From the NCBI GenBank assembly GCA_950097015.1, contig CATNEN010000039.1, forward strand, positions 20,336,001-20,400,000: DNA of 64,000 bases. The letters are read 5' to 3'. Position numbers and translations under genes: made by a program. This DNA is from Macrostomum hystrix. Its lineage: Eukaryota; Animalia; Platyhelminthes. Positions within the stretch are counted from its first letter, which is position 1. The number at the start of each line of letters is the position of its first letter. Positions 1 to 11,634 of the stretch are shown in pieces. Below the pieces are notes generated by a model. The model made no database searches and was not told the DNA's origin. It saw nothing but the letters and a program-made list of their open reading frames with translations.

Positions 1-490
1 ACGGCGCATGACCGACCCTGAAGTTGTCTTTGAAGTGCATGATCGTCAGGCGGCTGTAGCAGCAGGTGAGACACTTCAGAACCGGCGTCTTCGCATTTTG
101 AGTCGAGAAGTGGAAGCTGCGATGGTTGCGATCACGGAGGAGAAATGCCGACAATGGCACGAATTCACACTTCGGTACGGACCGCGGTGTCTGGCACACG
201 GAGAAATTTTGGACTGACTACAGCGTGTTAACCTGTTCAAGCGACTTTAAAGCGTGATTTTATGCGTCTGTTTTCCTGTTTTGTTTGTTTAGTTGCTGTT
301 TTACTTCACGATTGACAATATATACTGGTTGCACTGACGAATTTCACTTACTTTGACGAATTCGAAGTCACTTTCTCGAAAGAAATTACCATAGACACCC
401 TTCTCATTCCCTTGAGCGCTCTATAGTTTTATATAGACTGACGAATTCGAAGTCACTTTTGACGAATCCGAAGTTGAAAAGGTACGAGTA
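1..490 (+). mobile_element. 3' end of an IS630/Tc1-like DNA transposon (transposase C-terminus plus subterminal repeats)
   Basis: ORF 8-217 ends ...AMVAITEEKCRQWHEFTLRYGPRCLAHGEI, resembling the C-terminal 'I...C..W......Y/FPRCL..E.I' signature of IS630/Tc1 transposases. Repeated GACGAATTCGAAGTCACTTT motifs follow at ~355-374 and ~440-460. The element abuts a TA inside an LTR-like repeat. Confidence 0.55.
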
Positions 491-1087
491 TATTAAGCAT
501 AATACGAATAATCACTATAATCACACAGTACTTCTAAGTAAGATACAGTACTCCGTACAGGCCTGGCACTCCGAAAGTAAAGACACGCATGCAGCGCTTA
601 CCGGTCGGAACGCAGAATGACAGGATGACTTCGATTTCATTTATTTGTATACAATAAGTTGAGACTTTGCAGTAAGAGACCGTCTTTACCCATGGGATCT
701 TAAAGTTCGCCGGAGCGAGCGCAGTTGCCCTGGCACGGGCAGATATTGACAAACAAATGGGGCAGCAAGGGGGCAGACAGGGGAGGCCGTGCACAGACAG
801 GGTCAAGCCACCAGCGCGCAGGGAGGGGTGGGGTTGTACGCGCTGGCCGGGTGGACGGGCAAAGCAACGCAGAGCTGATTGGCGGGAGGGGCAAAGCCAC
901 GAAGGGCTGGGGTAAGGGTTGACAGACAATGCCCGCGTCCAGCCAATCAGATGGCGGCACAGGGCACCCTGAGCAGGGCCGGGGGAGGAGGGAGAGAAAG
1001 GGCGAGGCCAAGACCGGGCCAAACAAACCGGCATCAAAAACACAACGGCCTTGGCGAGCAGTCGACCTGAGAAACACAGGCACTACA
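491..1087. mobile_element. LTR (same family as 46495-47431), left end cut off by the Tc1-like element
   Basis: Highly similar to ~46537-47431 without the nested insert. It ends CACTACA at 1081-1087 and lacks the first ~42 bp present in the second copy. Confidence 0.8.
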
Positions 1088-3160
1088 ATTCATTAAGCAT
1101 CGGTTAAGTAGGTAGCAGCAAATGACCCTCATGGCTTGCAGAGCATTCATTCTATTCTAGTTCATTTGCTAATTATTAAGAAGGAGCTGAATCCTTCCAC
1201 TACGCATGCTAACTAGCGCAAGTACCCAATTACATCATTACTGCTAATTACCTGAGGTTCTGTTGAGTAAATCAAAAGAACTTGCCCCAAATCAAAGAAG
1301 TGCCTTTCCAAATACCAAGGAGAAGAACGATCGGGAGGAAAATATGATTATGTGTCTCGCGACTCTTGCCTACAGAACCATATGCTTCATTTCATCCTTA
1401 AAAACGAAGTCATGCAAAATTTCTGCTTAATTAAGTCTGCGCTATTCGTCAACTTTTTTATGACGAGCTAAACCAGTTTTCAACTCAAGCATTTAGTTAT
1501 GATGATGACGGAACACGCGATGCAGATTATTTCTACGTTAGTCCAGCTCCGAATATTTGAGTTAGCAATGATTCGTCTTGTCAAAATATTAACAAGAATT
1601 ACGAGCTACATTTACTAAAAAAGAACGACAATAACGACAAAGAACGACCAGGTCGAGCATTTATGTCAGTCTAAACATGTTCAGAGAACGCAGTCAAAAT
1701 AAGCCTCGTGACAGAGAGAATCACTGGGCATTGAAGCGATGAAATTATTAGATGGTTTCTATGTAGCTCTCTTAAGAACGCGAAGCGCTTATATCCATGA
1801 CAATACATGTGTACGCAAAGCTTTTAAAGCACTCTGAGTTGACATGCAATAGTAATGATCATTAGCCTGTTACAAATGCACTTAAGAGCTGAACATGATT
1901 GACTGACACAGCATTTTAGACATTTGCCATACAGACGCCATTATCAGACGGTGTGTATTGTATTTCATGAACAAAAATATGAGTTTTTAAGTGAGCCAAA
2001 GCGTTCTTGGTGATCTTTTTTATTCCAAAAAGTTGTATTTTTTCGCAGACTATTGCGATTTAAAATCGATGTATCAGTCGTTTTTTGTCTCATGCAAAGG
2101 CGGCTTAGGCTTTTAGCTATACTATAATCTAGTTTGGGATGAGGCAGTTTCAACTCATGCAATGTATCTATAGCTGGCTTCGAAGCAATGGGCATGCTTT
2201 GTCACTGTCGATACAGCGTGATAATAACCTTGACGAATATACTTTCTTCTGACTAGACACAATGGGTGTATAGATTAGATGGGGCTCCAATGCAAGCCGC
2301 TGAAATTCATTGTTCTGTATGCCATTTTATAGTGCCTAGTCATAGGACGAAATCCCTAAAAAAGGAAGAGATAAATAAGCTCAAGCTGCATTCGTCTGAA
2401 GCAGATATCTATTTCTCAGATCTGAAGTTTTATTGTGGTACTCACGATCGGCATTGCAAAAAATACAATGGAATACATTGGTATAATTAAAGCAAAAAAA
2501 CGCTAAAACTATGCATAGAATTTGAAGAATGAAATTCAAGCATTGTATTTCATACATTTTATGCTAATACCTATCTAACAAAGCATGGCGAAAGGCGCAT
2601 TGTTTCAGTCTTTTGTTTTTTATCTACTGACGATCTAATTTTTGCCGCACTTTTCTTGATCGGGTAAAACTGCATGATTCTGGTCATGCTCTGGTCTGGT
2701 CGTGATTCTAGCCATATTCGTGTCCTGGGCGTGCTAGCTGACGAGTCAATACGGACGTCAAGAATAAGAGAACAGAGTTCACGAATAGAACTAAAACCTT
2801 ACGTGAATGGGAGACGCCTTTTCAGTTTAAAATATCTAAATTATGAAAGATATTTTCTAATTGTTCCTTTTAAGATCATTAAGGCAGTCACAAAAAAGAA
2901 CATGCCCTTAAATAAAGATTTCAGTTTTTTTAGTTTGTTTTTTGTCTTTGCTGCTGCATGTGTGTCTTCTGATGCCAAATATCATGTCACATGACGATAT
3001 GTCAGTGCCCGCTGCCTTCCTGAGAGTATTTTTGAATACCTTTTATGCGTGATGATTTAACGTGTTGTGATAGTGTTAATTAGTGCAGGTCGTGGGATGC
3101 AAGTTGCGTAACTATAGGAACAGTGATCCAAATAAAGCTGCTGTCCATGTAATCACTCAC

Positions 3161-6100
3161 CAATGATCGCCAACACGTGAATGGCAAACTGTTTATCGCG
3201 CCTCGCCTGAGTGGCGCTGGCCGTGAGCAGCCCCGAGTTGCGACTGCGGCGAATCTGGAAGAATCGGACTAATGCTGTTTGCTTAGCAAAGCCAGCCTAA
3301 CAACAGTGCGTATTCTGCGGCGATGCCTAGTCACAATCATAAAACTATTTTGGAAAGTGACACTTTTATTCCGTCAAAAATACGATAGGGCAGAGTTTAA
3401 AATAAATAAATAAATGAGACAGATGAGACTCAGGACAGATGGGGCGGCGGAGAGATGAGACAGCGGATATCTGAGACAGCGGAGATCTGAGACAGTGGAG
3501 ATCTGAGACAGTAGAGATCTGAGACAGTAGAGATCTGAGACAGTGGAGATCTGAGACAGTGGAGATCTGAGACAGTGGAGATCTGAGACAGTAGAGATCT
3601 GAGACAGTGGAGATCTGAGACAGTGGAGATCTGAGACAGTGGAGATCTGAGACAGTGGAGATCTGAGACAGTGGAGATCTGAGACAGTAGAGATCTGAGA
3701 CAGTGGAGATCTGAGACAGTGGAGATCTGAGACAGTAGAGATCTGAGACAGTAGAGATCTGAGACAGTGGAGATCTGAGACAGTGGAGATCTGAGACAGT
3801 GGAGATCTGAGACAGTGGAGATCTGAGACAGTGGAGATCTGAGACAGTGGAGATCTGAGACAGTGGAGATCTGAGACAGTAGAGATCTGAGACAGTGGAG
3901 ATCTGAGACAGTAGAGATCTGAGACAGTAGAGATCTGAGACAGTAGAGATCTGAGACAGTAGAGATCTGAGACAGTAGAGATCTGAGACAGTAGAGATCT
4001 GAGACAGTAGAGATCTGAGACAGTAGAGATCTGAGACAGTAGAGATCTGAGACAGTAGAGATCTGAGACAGTGGAGATCTGAGACAGTAGAGATCTGAGA
4101 CAGTGGAGATCTGAGACAGTGGAGATCTGAGACAGTGGAGATCTGAGACAGTGGAGATCTGAGACAGTGGAGATCTGAGACAGTGGAGATCTGAGACAGT
4201 GGAGATCTGAGACAGTGGAGATCTGAGACAGTAGAGATCTGAGACAGTGGAGATCTGAGACAGTGGAGATCTGAGACAGTGGAGATCTGAGACAGTGGAG
4301 ATCTGAGACAGTGGAGATCTGAGACAGTGGAGATCTGAGACAGTGGAGATCTGAGACAGTGGAGATCTGAGACAGTGGAGATCTGAGACAGTGGAGATCT
4401 GAGACAGTGGAGATCTGAGACAGTGGAGATCTGAGACAGTGGAGATCTGAGACAGTGGAGATCTGAGACAGTGGAGATCTGAGACAGTGGAGATCTGAGA
4501 CAGTGGAGATCTGAGACAGTAGAGATCTGAGACAGTAGAGATCTGAGACAGTGGAGATCTGAGACAGTAGAGATCTGAGACAGTAGAGATCTGAGACAGT
4601 GGAGATCTGAGACAGTAGAGATCTGAGACAGTGGAGATCTGAGACAGTAGAGATCTGAGACAGTGGAGATCTGAGACAGTAGAGATCTGAGACAGTGGAG
4701 ATCTGAGACAGTAGAGATCTGAGACAGTAGAGATCTGAGACAGTGGAGATCTGAGACAGTAGAGATCTGAGACAGTAGAGATCTGAGACAGTAGAGATCT
4801 GAGACAGTGGAGATCTGAGACAGTGGAGATCTGAGACAGTAGAGATCTGAGACAGTGGAGATCTGAGACAGTAGAGATCTGAGACAGTAGAGATCTGAGA
4901 CAGTAGAGATCTGAGACAGTGGAGATCTGAGACAGTAGAGATCTGAGACAGTAGAGATCTGAGACAGTAGAGATCTGAGACAGTGGAGATCTGAGACAGT
5001 GGAGATCTGAGACAGTAGAGATCTGAGACAGTGGAGATCTGAGACAGTAGAGATCTGAGGCAGTAGAGATCTGAGACAGTAGAGATCTGAGACAGTGGAG
5101 ATCTGAGACAGTAGAGATCTGAGACAGTGGAGATCTGAGACAGTAGAGATCTGAGACAGTGGAGATCTGAGACAGTAGAGATCTGAGACAGTGGAGATCT
5201 GAGACAGTGGAGATCTGAGACAGTAGAGATCTGAGACAGTGGAGATCTGAGACAGTGGAGATCTGAGACAGTGGAGATCTGAGACAGTAGAGATCTGAGA
5301 CAGTAGAGATCTGAGACAGTGGAGATCTGAGACAGTGGAGATCTGAGACAGTAGAGATCTGAGACAGTGGAGATCTGAGACAGTAGAGATCTGAGACAGT
5401 AGAGATCTGAGACAGTAGAGATCTGAGACAGTGGAGATCTGAGACAGTAGAGATCTGAGACAGTGGAGATCTGAGACAGTGGAGATCTGAGACAGTAGAG
5501 ATCTGAGACAGTAGAGATCTGAGACAGTGGAGATCTGAGACAGTAGAGATCTGAGACAGTGGAGATCTGAGACAGTAGAGATCTGAGACAGTGGAGATCT
5601 GAGACAGTGGAGATCTGAGACAGTAGAGATCTGAGACAGTGGAGATCTGAGACAGTGGAGATCTGAGACAGTGGAGATCTGAGACAGTGGAGATCTGAGA
5701 CAGTGGAGATCTGAGACAGTAGAGATCTGAGACAGTGGAGATCTGAGACAGTGGAGATCTGAGACAGCGGAGAGATGAGACTTGGAGAGATAAGACAGGG
5801 TGGAGTAGGAGTAGGAGAGGCGCCAGATGTTTGAAATTCGAGGCGCACGGACCGGAGGTTGTCGATTCCTGTTTTAGAGGCGAGTAACCCGGTCTTGACA
5901 ATTGAAGCGGACGAGACAGATTATCGGCTTAAGTCTGAGGGACGCAGCTGCATGCCAAGCAGTGATAAATGGTTTTTGATGGCTAAGATTCTACTCCACT
6001 GAATGCAAATATATTCTCTGCTCATTGGAGCTTGCATTGGATTTTACTCGATGTGTACTCGCCTGATTCTCTTAATACTCATGATGAGTCGAAGTACTCG

Positions 6101-8541
6101 TATGCAAACTCCTTGGAGTTATTATTGAGCTATTCTTATAGAAGCAAGCACCAACCTGCAGTTTATTGAAAAAGAGCTTCTAAAGTCTAGTATAACGCAG
6201 CCAGCCCGTAATGGTGCACTTTTAGAAAGCTCATAACTAAAGCGGGAGCGTGAGTCGCATCTTTCCTTTGAAGCTTTTTTCATTTCCCATGTGACAAGCA
6301 AGTTGGGCCTATTCATTCCAAAGACCCAAATACCAACTCCGGAACAAGTGGTCCGGAGTTGTTGTCTAGCTAGCTGTATTTCATCTATTACTTTGGTTAG
6401 GAATCACGAACCACATTTTCATCAGCATTGCTACTGCTTATGTAGACTGCACCCAACAATATCTGTGTGCAAACGCGTTTAATTTAGGAAAGGCCAATAG
6501 GGCAGCCAGAACGCTCCATCTAACTGAAAGTTCTATCCATCGCTGGTCTTATTGCTCACCCTCCTGTCTGCTTCCAATTTCTCTGGAAGCTTCTTAATCA
6601 TTGAAGAAATATACGGAATAGCTGGGGTCCTGTTTTTTTACTTACGAGTCTAAGAAGCCTTCTGAATTTTGCTAATAAGCCAGCGAGTCACCGAAGCAGC
6701 GATAAAATAGAACAGACTTCAACTAACGTGGCCTATATTTCAATTAAAAATACTGTTTTTACCATAGACTGTGAAGAGAGACTGGTCCATTCAAAGTTCC
6801 GCTCTTTTAAACTTCTGGAGGGGTTTCTCGAAACCAATTTAGGAAAGACCATAGACCTAAGTTGCCTAAACCAGACTTAGGGTTTGCTGGAAACGAGCGC
6901 AAAATCCCGTCTCTTAGGATCCATCTTATATTTACTAGGTCGTACGTTTGCGCAGAAAGTCGTTTCTTGATCGCTTCTTAAGTCTATGTATGGCCCATCC
7001 TACGATTGATGCTCAGTCTAAGAGTGGTCGGTACCGCTCGTAAGCTGTCTTTTCTTAGCAAGCAAGGCTTGATATTCTCTTTTCTTCTGATTTGTTTGCA
7101 TGCGCTTTCTGCTTTCTGTTTTCAAAGTTTAACCAAATTGCGTCTGCTTCCGTTGAACGAGCTCCAAATTTCTCAACTGCTGAAAAGGAGGAACTGTTAG
7201 ATGGCGTCAACGGGGGATCTTACCATAGATCTTATGACACTTTCGAGAAACCCCCCAGACCGTTATTACTATACATTTTACCTTAATACTCGTAGATCTC
7301 ATAGCGTTTATTCTGATCATGCCGATATCTATTCTTATCTTATCTTATCTCAAATGGTGCGGACTTACATGCACAAAAATGGCCGCGTAGGAAGCTGCTA
7401 TCACTGCTAGTGGCAGCAGGAACTCGCCAAACAGCAGGGCCGCAAGATACGCCTTGTCACTAGGTCGGCTGCTCTCCCAGTCTAGGTCGCAGGCGGCCAA
7501 ATGGTTGACTCGGCGAACCCCAGCGACGCCGAACATCGGCGGGAGACTCCAGGCGGCGCCGGCGACGAAGCACAGAGACACAAGAGCGAGCGCGTCCCAA
7601 TTGTCGAATGGGCGATTTCGAATCACCATGCGACACCGTAGCGCCGACAGTCCGGTCAACAGATTAATGTTGAATAGGCCGATGGTGCAGGTGCTGAAGA
7701 CATACCTATCGAGAGTTGTAGGTTTAGGCTTGTTAATTTCGAGCTTTTAACGCTAAAAATAGGAAAAAACGATTTTGCTAATGGTCGCAATTGTGCGCAA
7801 ATGTGTAAAAACTGTAGCTCCTTTTTGCTGCCAAGCGTAGGTGTAAGTAATGAAGCCATTTTACATCTTAGTCATCTAATTGGCCAAGCTCGAGTAACTG
7901 TAGCTTGTTCGTCACGTCAATGCTTTACAACTGAAAATGTTCTTCATAAATAATGGTTTTTTTGTTGAAACTGAAGAACTCTGACATGTAAGTGGCACAT
8001 CCAGTTGTTGCACCTTAAGCAAAGTTTTGTGTTGTTTTCGATTTAATAGACCAAATCAGGTGCTTGTACAATTTTGCGAGCTAAGGCGTGCAGCACGCGA
8101 GTATAATATAGAGCTCATAATCTAAGGTCAATCATTTTTTCATTTCTAAACACGCATGTGTCTACTTTTAGAGATTTTATCGATCTAGACTTCAGCTTCA
8201 TTGATTGCCTCAGATAATATGATATTTGAATGGTATTTTCAAAAAACAACGCACCAGTAGCACCAGCCAATGTGAAAGGCCCACTCTCCGGCTTTCCACG
8301 CGGATGTTAGGTTTAGTGTAGCTGCCACCAGCACGCAGACGCAGTTGCCAACGAAGCCGGAGCACAGTATGTGCATGGACGGATTGCGCATCGATTGCGA
8401 GGCGAGTATATTGTAGGCTGAAATGGCGTTTGACGAGAAGCTCACGATAAACACTATCGTAAACCAAATGGCGCTCACAATGTGGCCCCAGTTGCTGAAG
8501 CGGCTCATTATTCGATCTTCAGTGTAGTTTCCAACAGTCAT
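3161..8541 (-). CDS. Opsin-like class A GPCR (peropsin/retinochrome-like), partial: exons 8541-8255, 7705-7369, 3254-3161
   Basis: GT-AG junctions keep frame (phases 2 and 0). Spliced protein: TM1-TM2 ...GEWAFHIGWCYW|YVFSTCTIGLFNINLLTGLSALRC...AWSLPPMFG...CDLDWES...YLAALLFGEFLLPLAVIAASYAAIFVH|IRRSRN...RDKQFAIHVLAII. The WxxPPxxG and CxxDW motifs are opsin-typical. TM6-TM7 exons were not found in the window. Confidence 0.75.
3457..5781. repeat. 16-bp minisatellite GAGACAGT(G/A)GAGATCT, ~145 copies, in opsin intron 2
   Basis: Read directly. Almost the only variation is one G/A position. The array is bracketed by GCGGAGAGATGAGAC on both sides. Confidence 0.97.
6814..7259. mobile_element. Probable MITE (PIF/Harbinger-like termini)
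   Basis: Inverted repeats TCTGGAGGGGTTTCTCGAAA (6814-6833) and TTTCGAGAAACCCCCCAGA (7241-7259). Confidence 0.5.
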
Positions 8542-9228
8542 CTTTACCTTTATAGTTTCATGCGTATCAGTTTATCTGTATTTATAAATATATACTATTT
8601 TATCACAAACGCTACCGTCTATATATTCGTTGATCTGCAAGAAAGGGGCCCTTTAACTCGTAAATAGGTGTGAATTCGGAAGCTGGCAGTTCTCATTGGC
8701 CCATCTTATGATTGGTTGGCAGATGAGGCTGGACTTTTCTCAATCAGGTGCTTTTCTGCTCTCGGACTTTTAGCTGGGATGTGAGGGTGATGGGAGGATG
8801 ACTGCAAATGGGAAGTGAGAAGTATGGGCTGATAATAAAGGCAAAGTGTTGCATACGAATGAAAGCTCCCACAATTCTAAATGCGACGCTTTGTTAGTGT
8901 GAAGTTCCGTATAGCAACCAACAGCTCCGAATGAATAACTGGATCTCCGAGCTACCCAAGGATTTCTTTAAGGAAACTAAAAATGTCGAGGTTCAAATAT
9001 AGCTGCGAAGCTTGCACATCTACAAAAATAGTACTGCCGGATTATACTAGTATTTTAGGCCGGAAAAATGGCAGCTTGAAAAAATTTATTCACAGTAACT
9101 GTGCAGTGTGCATACCTTGAGAAGGCTGACGATTCAGTCAAGGAAGAAAAGGGGATAAGTTTAATATATACGAACATTCGCAGGAGCTGTGTGCACTGAA
9201 GCATCGCTTGTCGATCAGCCAAAACCAC

Positions 9229-9365
9229 TATCGAGAGGTCACGCTTCACACACAACTGCCTTAGCGTCGAGGCCTACCTCGGCTACGCCTCGGCCGAGAA
9301 ACAAGTTCTCAGTCGTACCGGCCTCGACGCTAAGGCAGTTGTGTGTGAAGCGTGACCTCTCGATA
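9229..9365. repeat. Perfect 46-bp inverted repeat with 45-nt loop (Crypton-type palindrome)
   Basis: 9229-9274 is the exact reverse complement of 9320-9365. The loop contains CTCGGCTACGCCTCGGCCGAG. Confidence 0.9.
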
Positions 9366-9713
9366 ATCATACATCGTTAAACTATGTCTATGGGGAATTC
9401 CCACAGGGAATTCCCTTTGGATTCTTGTATTTCAAACGTTGACATTGATGCCCGAAATAGCCGGTGTGTATTTTCATTGAGCAACGCTGGGATTCCCGCC
9501 ATTGACCAACGATAAAAGCGGTCTTTAATGTTTCCATTAATGACTTGTTTCTATGGCCGAAACCCATATATTTCAAGCATTTGAATCCGCTGGCGATTCA
9601 ACGATATGAAAAAAAGTTTTGATCTAATTTCAAATACAGAACGGCAAAAACACAAGTAAGTAACGAAAGTTTTTTGTTTAGATCAAACAGTGCCATATAC
9701 ATTTCCCTGTCTC

Positions 9714-10970
9714 TCATCGACCGTTGCCAAGAAATACCTGAAAGGTGCAATTTTTGAAAGTTCCGCTTATTCCAAATGCCAATAGCTGCCCTGCGCGTCT
9801 CTCCAGACCGACTTTATCCGTGCTCACATTAGATCCATCACTCGCCCATTGATCTGAATGTGCAATATCCAATGAAGGTGAAGTTGTCTCAGCGCTATTT
9901 TTCGATGAACTGGCACTAACATCGCTGATTACGTTAGACAGCCTTGCCATATCAGCATCACGCTTTGCGGTTTTGCGAATGTAGCGATGAGTAGCCTCAG
10001 TGGACTTGTGTCCAGTGATCTTTCCTATGTCAGCAATGGACACTCCCGCGTCATCCAGGGTAGCACGAATGCAGTGACCGGTGTGTCTCTTGCTTAGCTT
10101 CGCATTTGTTGATATGGACGCCATCATATTGCCCAACGTGTTATGTCCAACTGGCTGATTAGCGAAGAACCAAGAGTTGTTGACACCTCGTACACGAGGC
10201 CGAAGGAAGAAAACCTGGTTTTCAATTCCAGCAGCCTTTTTAGCCTCTTCGATTGCCTTTAGCCACGATGGAGTTGTACCGGACACATCGGTTACATTTA
10301 TCCTAAAGCTACTCGAGTTCGCCACAACGCACCCAAACAATCGACGATACGACATTTAGTAAAACGACATTGGCACTATGCGCCAATCTGCTTTGCTTTA
10401 CCTGATTAGCAGTTCTGCATACGCGCATGCACAGACGCTCCTTCCTTTGCCCCACCAACGCACATTACGCACTCAGTTGGCTGGTCTAGGAGAGATCGGC
10501 ACTGAAAATGATGCACACGAGATCGTTAAGGTCACATTTGCCAAACTGAAACCACAACAGAGGTCTTGTGTGTTGGTTTTCGATGAAATGTATGTCCAGC
10601 CATCGATTCGCTATCGGTGCCAACATCTGCTCGGCCAAGCGTCAGACAAGCATAACAAAACTGCTCGAACAGTGCTCGCAATAATGTTGAAGCCAATGTT
10701 CGGCGGTAAGCCATTTGTTCTAAGGCTGCTACCGATTTTTCTTCTTTCTGCCGACTATTTGTACCACCAGCTTCGAAAGTGCATTCAACTCAATTGTTTG
10801 CTGCCGTTGGCGAGTTTTACTTCCCTGAAGCAGATGTTCTGGGATGCTGCGTGCGCCTCACCAACTGTTTCTTCAAGGGTTATGTTCAACGAGGAACAAA
10901 GAGCGCTCCTTCGCATGATAAAGTGCACGATAGAAAAATACTGAAGCTGAGTGGACAGTGAGCGAACCTG
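9714..10970 (-). pseudogene. Crypton/DUF3504-type tyrosine recombinase module 1 (interrupted/deleted)
   Basis: The C-terminal part (to ~10280) reads FFLRP...WFFANQPVGHNTLGNMM...HTGHCIRAT...ITGHKS...HRY (HxxR, H, Y) and ends FKNCTF. A possible N-terminal remnant (LQYFSIVHFIMR) sits at ~10790-10970, beyond the inserted P-element piece. Confidence 0.8.
10290..10790 (+). pseudogene. P-element/THAP9-type transposase fragment inside recombinase module 1
   Basis: NNRRYD...LLYLISSSAYAHAQTLLPLPHQRTL...CVLVFDEMYVQPSIRY...ARTVLAIML matches the P-element transposase helical region and first catalytic 'FDEM' motif. No TIRs are seen. Confidence 0.7.
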
Positions 10971-11280
10971 GAGCAAACACTACTATAAATCATAGTCAGC
11001 TCTTGTCCCGTTGTGTGACTGTTATTTTCCTCTCTGTTTGCAGTTCAGATAAAGAAAGAATCGTAAATTTTTCTCGAGTTTCCTTATGCATGTGCTGCAT
11101 GTACAGCTTTCCCATAGTGTATTTTCATGACGTTTACTTTATGTAATAAAACTATTCAACATTTAAGAAAACCGACCCTGCACCCGCCTTCTGACTGCCT
11201 ATTAAAAAGTCAAATATGATACGAATATACATTGGCAACTGAAAGCATGCGCATACGGATGGGCCATAGAACAATGGGTG

Positions 11281-11381
11281 GTTGTCTGGAATTGAGATTT
11301 CAGTTAATGGCCATAGACACGAGCGTGCGTAGCGCGCGAGTGTCAATTTGGCCATTAACTGAAATCTCAATTCCAGACGAC
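11281..11381. repeat. 33-bp inverted repeat (1 mismatch) hairpin between recombinase modules 1 and 2
   Basis: GTTGTCTGGAATTGAGATTTCAGTTAATGGCCA (11281-11313) pairs with 11349-11381. CCATAGAC starts at the arm/loop boundary. Confidence 0.9.
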
Positions 11382-11634
11382 ATCATTGTCCAAATTGTCA
11401 GCTAGGGGTTAGAAATTAAAGTGGGTGGGGGACGGAAATGGGGCTGTGGGGGCGAAGCCCCCACATCTTAATATCTGCCACGTCTATGGGAAATCCCAAG
11501 GGTTAGTTCAGTTCCAGACAACGGCAGAACACACGAAATCATAGAGAATGATATGTCTATGGTCAAGACGACGGAGTTTTAAAGAGTCGCTGTTCATCGG
11601 GCGAGTAGAATCAATTTCATAGAGTCGCGATAGA

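Noticed and set aside
1088-3160. Search for opsin TM6-TM7 exons
   Set aside because: I found no phase-1 exon encoding WxPY or K-x(n)-NP motifs by eye. They probably lie before position 1.
3374-5901. 824/823-aa minus-strand ORFs (LRSPLSQISTVSDLHC repeats)
   Set aside because: Translation of a stop-free 16-bp satellite in two frames at once, inside an opsin intron.
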